Source: Lingula anatina
Lineage: Eukaryota; Animalia; Brachiopoda
Direction: 5' to 3'
DNA: 64,000 bases
NCBI GenBank assembly: GCA_051362555.1
Contig: CM120642.1
Span: 19,840,001-19,904,000, forward strand
Part shown: piece by piece, positions 62,976 through 64,000 of the stretch
Layout: every line of letters starts with the position of its first letter
Numbering within the stretch: the stretch's first letter is position 1
Notes under the pieces: model-generated
The model's database searches: none
What the model was told of the DNA's origin: nothing
The model's input: the letters and a program-made list of their open reading frames with translations, nothing else
Translations under genes and position numbers: made by a program

Positions 62976-64000
62976 TGGGGTGAATGAAATATATCGTTTT
63001 CAGCACATTGTCAAATGCACGCTTGAACCCATTTGTAACTTTGTGTCGCATTAAAACCAAATCAGAACGATCACATGACGATTACAATTAAACCGAATGC
63101 CAAGGCATAGGATTCCTGCATGTATAACCACGTGGAATAATTAAATCAGCTGTGTTATGCACTCTGAAGTGAGCATATTTAGTCAACAGTTAGTGTTAAA
63201 ATACTTCGAAATCTGTCTAGAGGACTTTCAATGGGGAATAAGGCTATCCAGGTGAATAGTCTCTATTAAACAACATTCCAATACTAGCTCCTCAATGAAG
63301 AAAAAATTGTAAATGCCACACAATCCTACCCTGAGTGTCAGAGCAACGTAAAAGCTAGCTTGTTAAATATATACCTTGTGATGGAGTCGCTTTTACTAGC
63401 TCTGACGAACAGCGACAATCTGAGGGCGTTCTTCTTCAAAATTTTTGGAAGTCACACGTCACAGCTGTGTCCGCCTGGATCCATATTTGGAAGTCATAAG
63501 TCTCGTACGTCACAGGTTTGGCCGCCTGGAGCTGCCTTTCCCGCCTCGCGCTGAAGTTATCTCGTGCAGACGAGACAAGAAGCAAAGTGCCTGACGAAGT
63601 TTGAATTGAAAATATCTTGCAGTCGAAGGTCAGTGCCACAATAGAAGCAACATTCTGCTTTAAAACCTGATTTTGGTGTAGCCATTGCGCAGCCCTTATA
63701 GTGGTATCGGGCATACAGTGTAGCTGTCAAATTTAGCACACGGCAAGCACGTGCATGCGCACGTGTACATCTCAGGACTAAATGTTCTTTGATAAGCAAA
63801 AAATACAAAAACATTGGATATATCTTTTCTGTTCGAAGAATATTATTTATTTTTTCACTTTACATCTTAAATACAGCAAATAAAATTAAATAAAGCAAAA
63901 TTAAATCTGTTTTACGTTTCATTTTGGTCTGATGACATTCAACTGCAGATTCACTGCGGAGCAGTTCTATTTGATTGATGGAAGTGTAACATGGCCGCTG

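Overview
AT-rich, intron-containing animal genomic DNA, probably from a marine invertebrate (inferred from the GRL101-type receptors and the repeat content). Six protein-coding loci were reconstructed by hand from GT-AG splice sites and reading-frame phase. (1) A minus-strand ankyrin-repeat protein of more than 1,047 aa with an N-myristoylation motif; it runs off the left edge. (2) Head-to-head with it, an S8 subtilase with no signal peptide, an unassigned N-terminal region of about 250 aa and an intact D/H/N/S catalytic set. (3, 4) A divergent pair of giant GRL101/LGR-type GPCRs (signal-CUB-CUB-CTLD-CTLD-LDLa x~7-LRR-7TM). One has canonical activation switches. The other has D2.50N, E3.37Q, S3.39A, Y5.58F, Y7.53F and a short tail, so the pair may be a signalling receptor plus a decoy or co-receptor. 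(5, 6) Two paralogous single-pass receptors flank the GPCR pair and have decayed reciprocally: one lost its EGF/CCP/stalk exons, the other lost its distal NxxY tail. Intergenic DNA and introns hold a complete non-autonomous LTR element (TSD, tRNA-Ala PBS, PPT), several MITEs, a DNA-transposon-like element carrying a tRNA-like cassette, LINE and Tc1 relics, and tandem repeats. All domain calls are by-eye motif recognition, not database hits.
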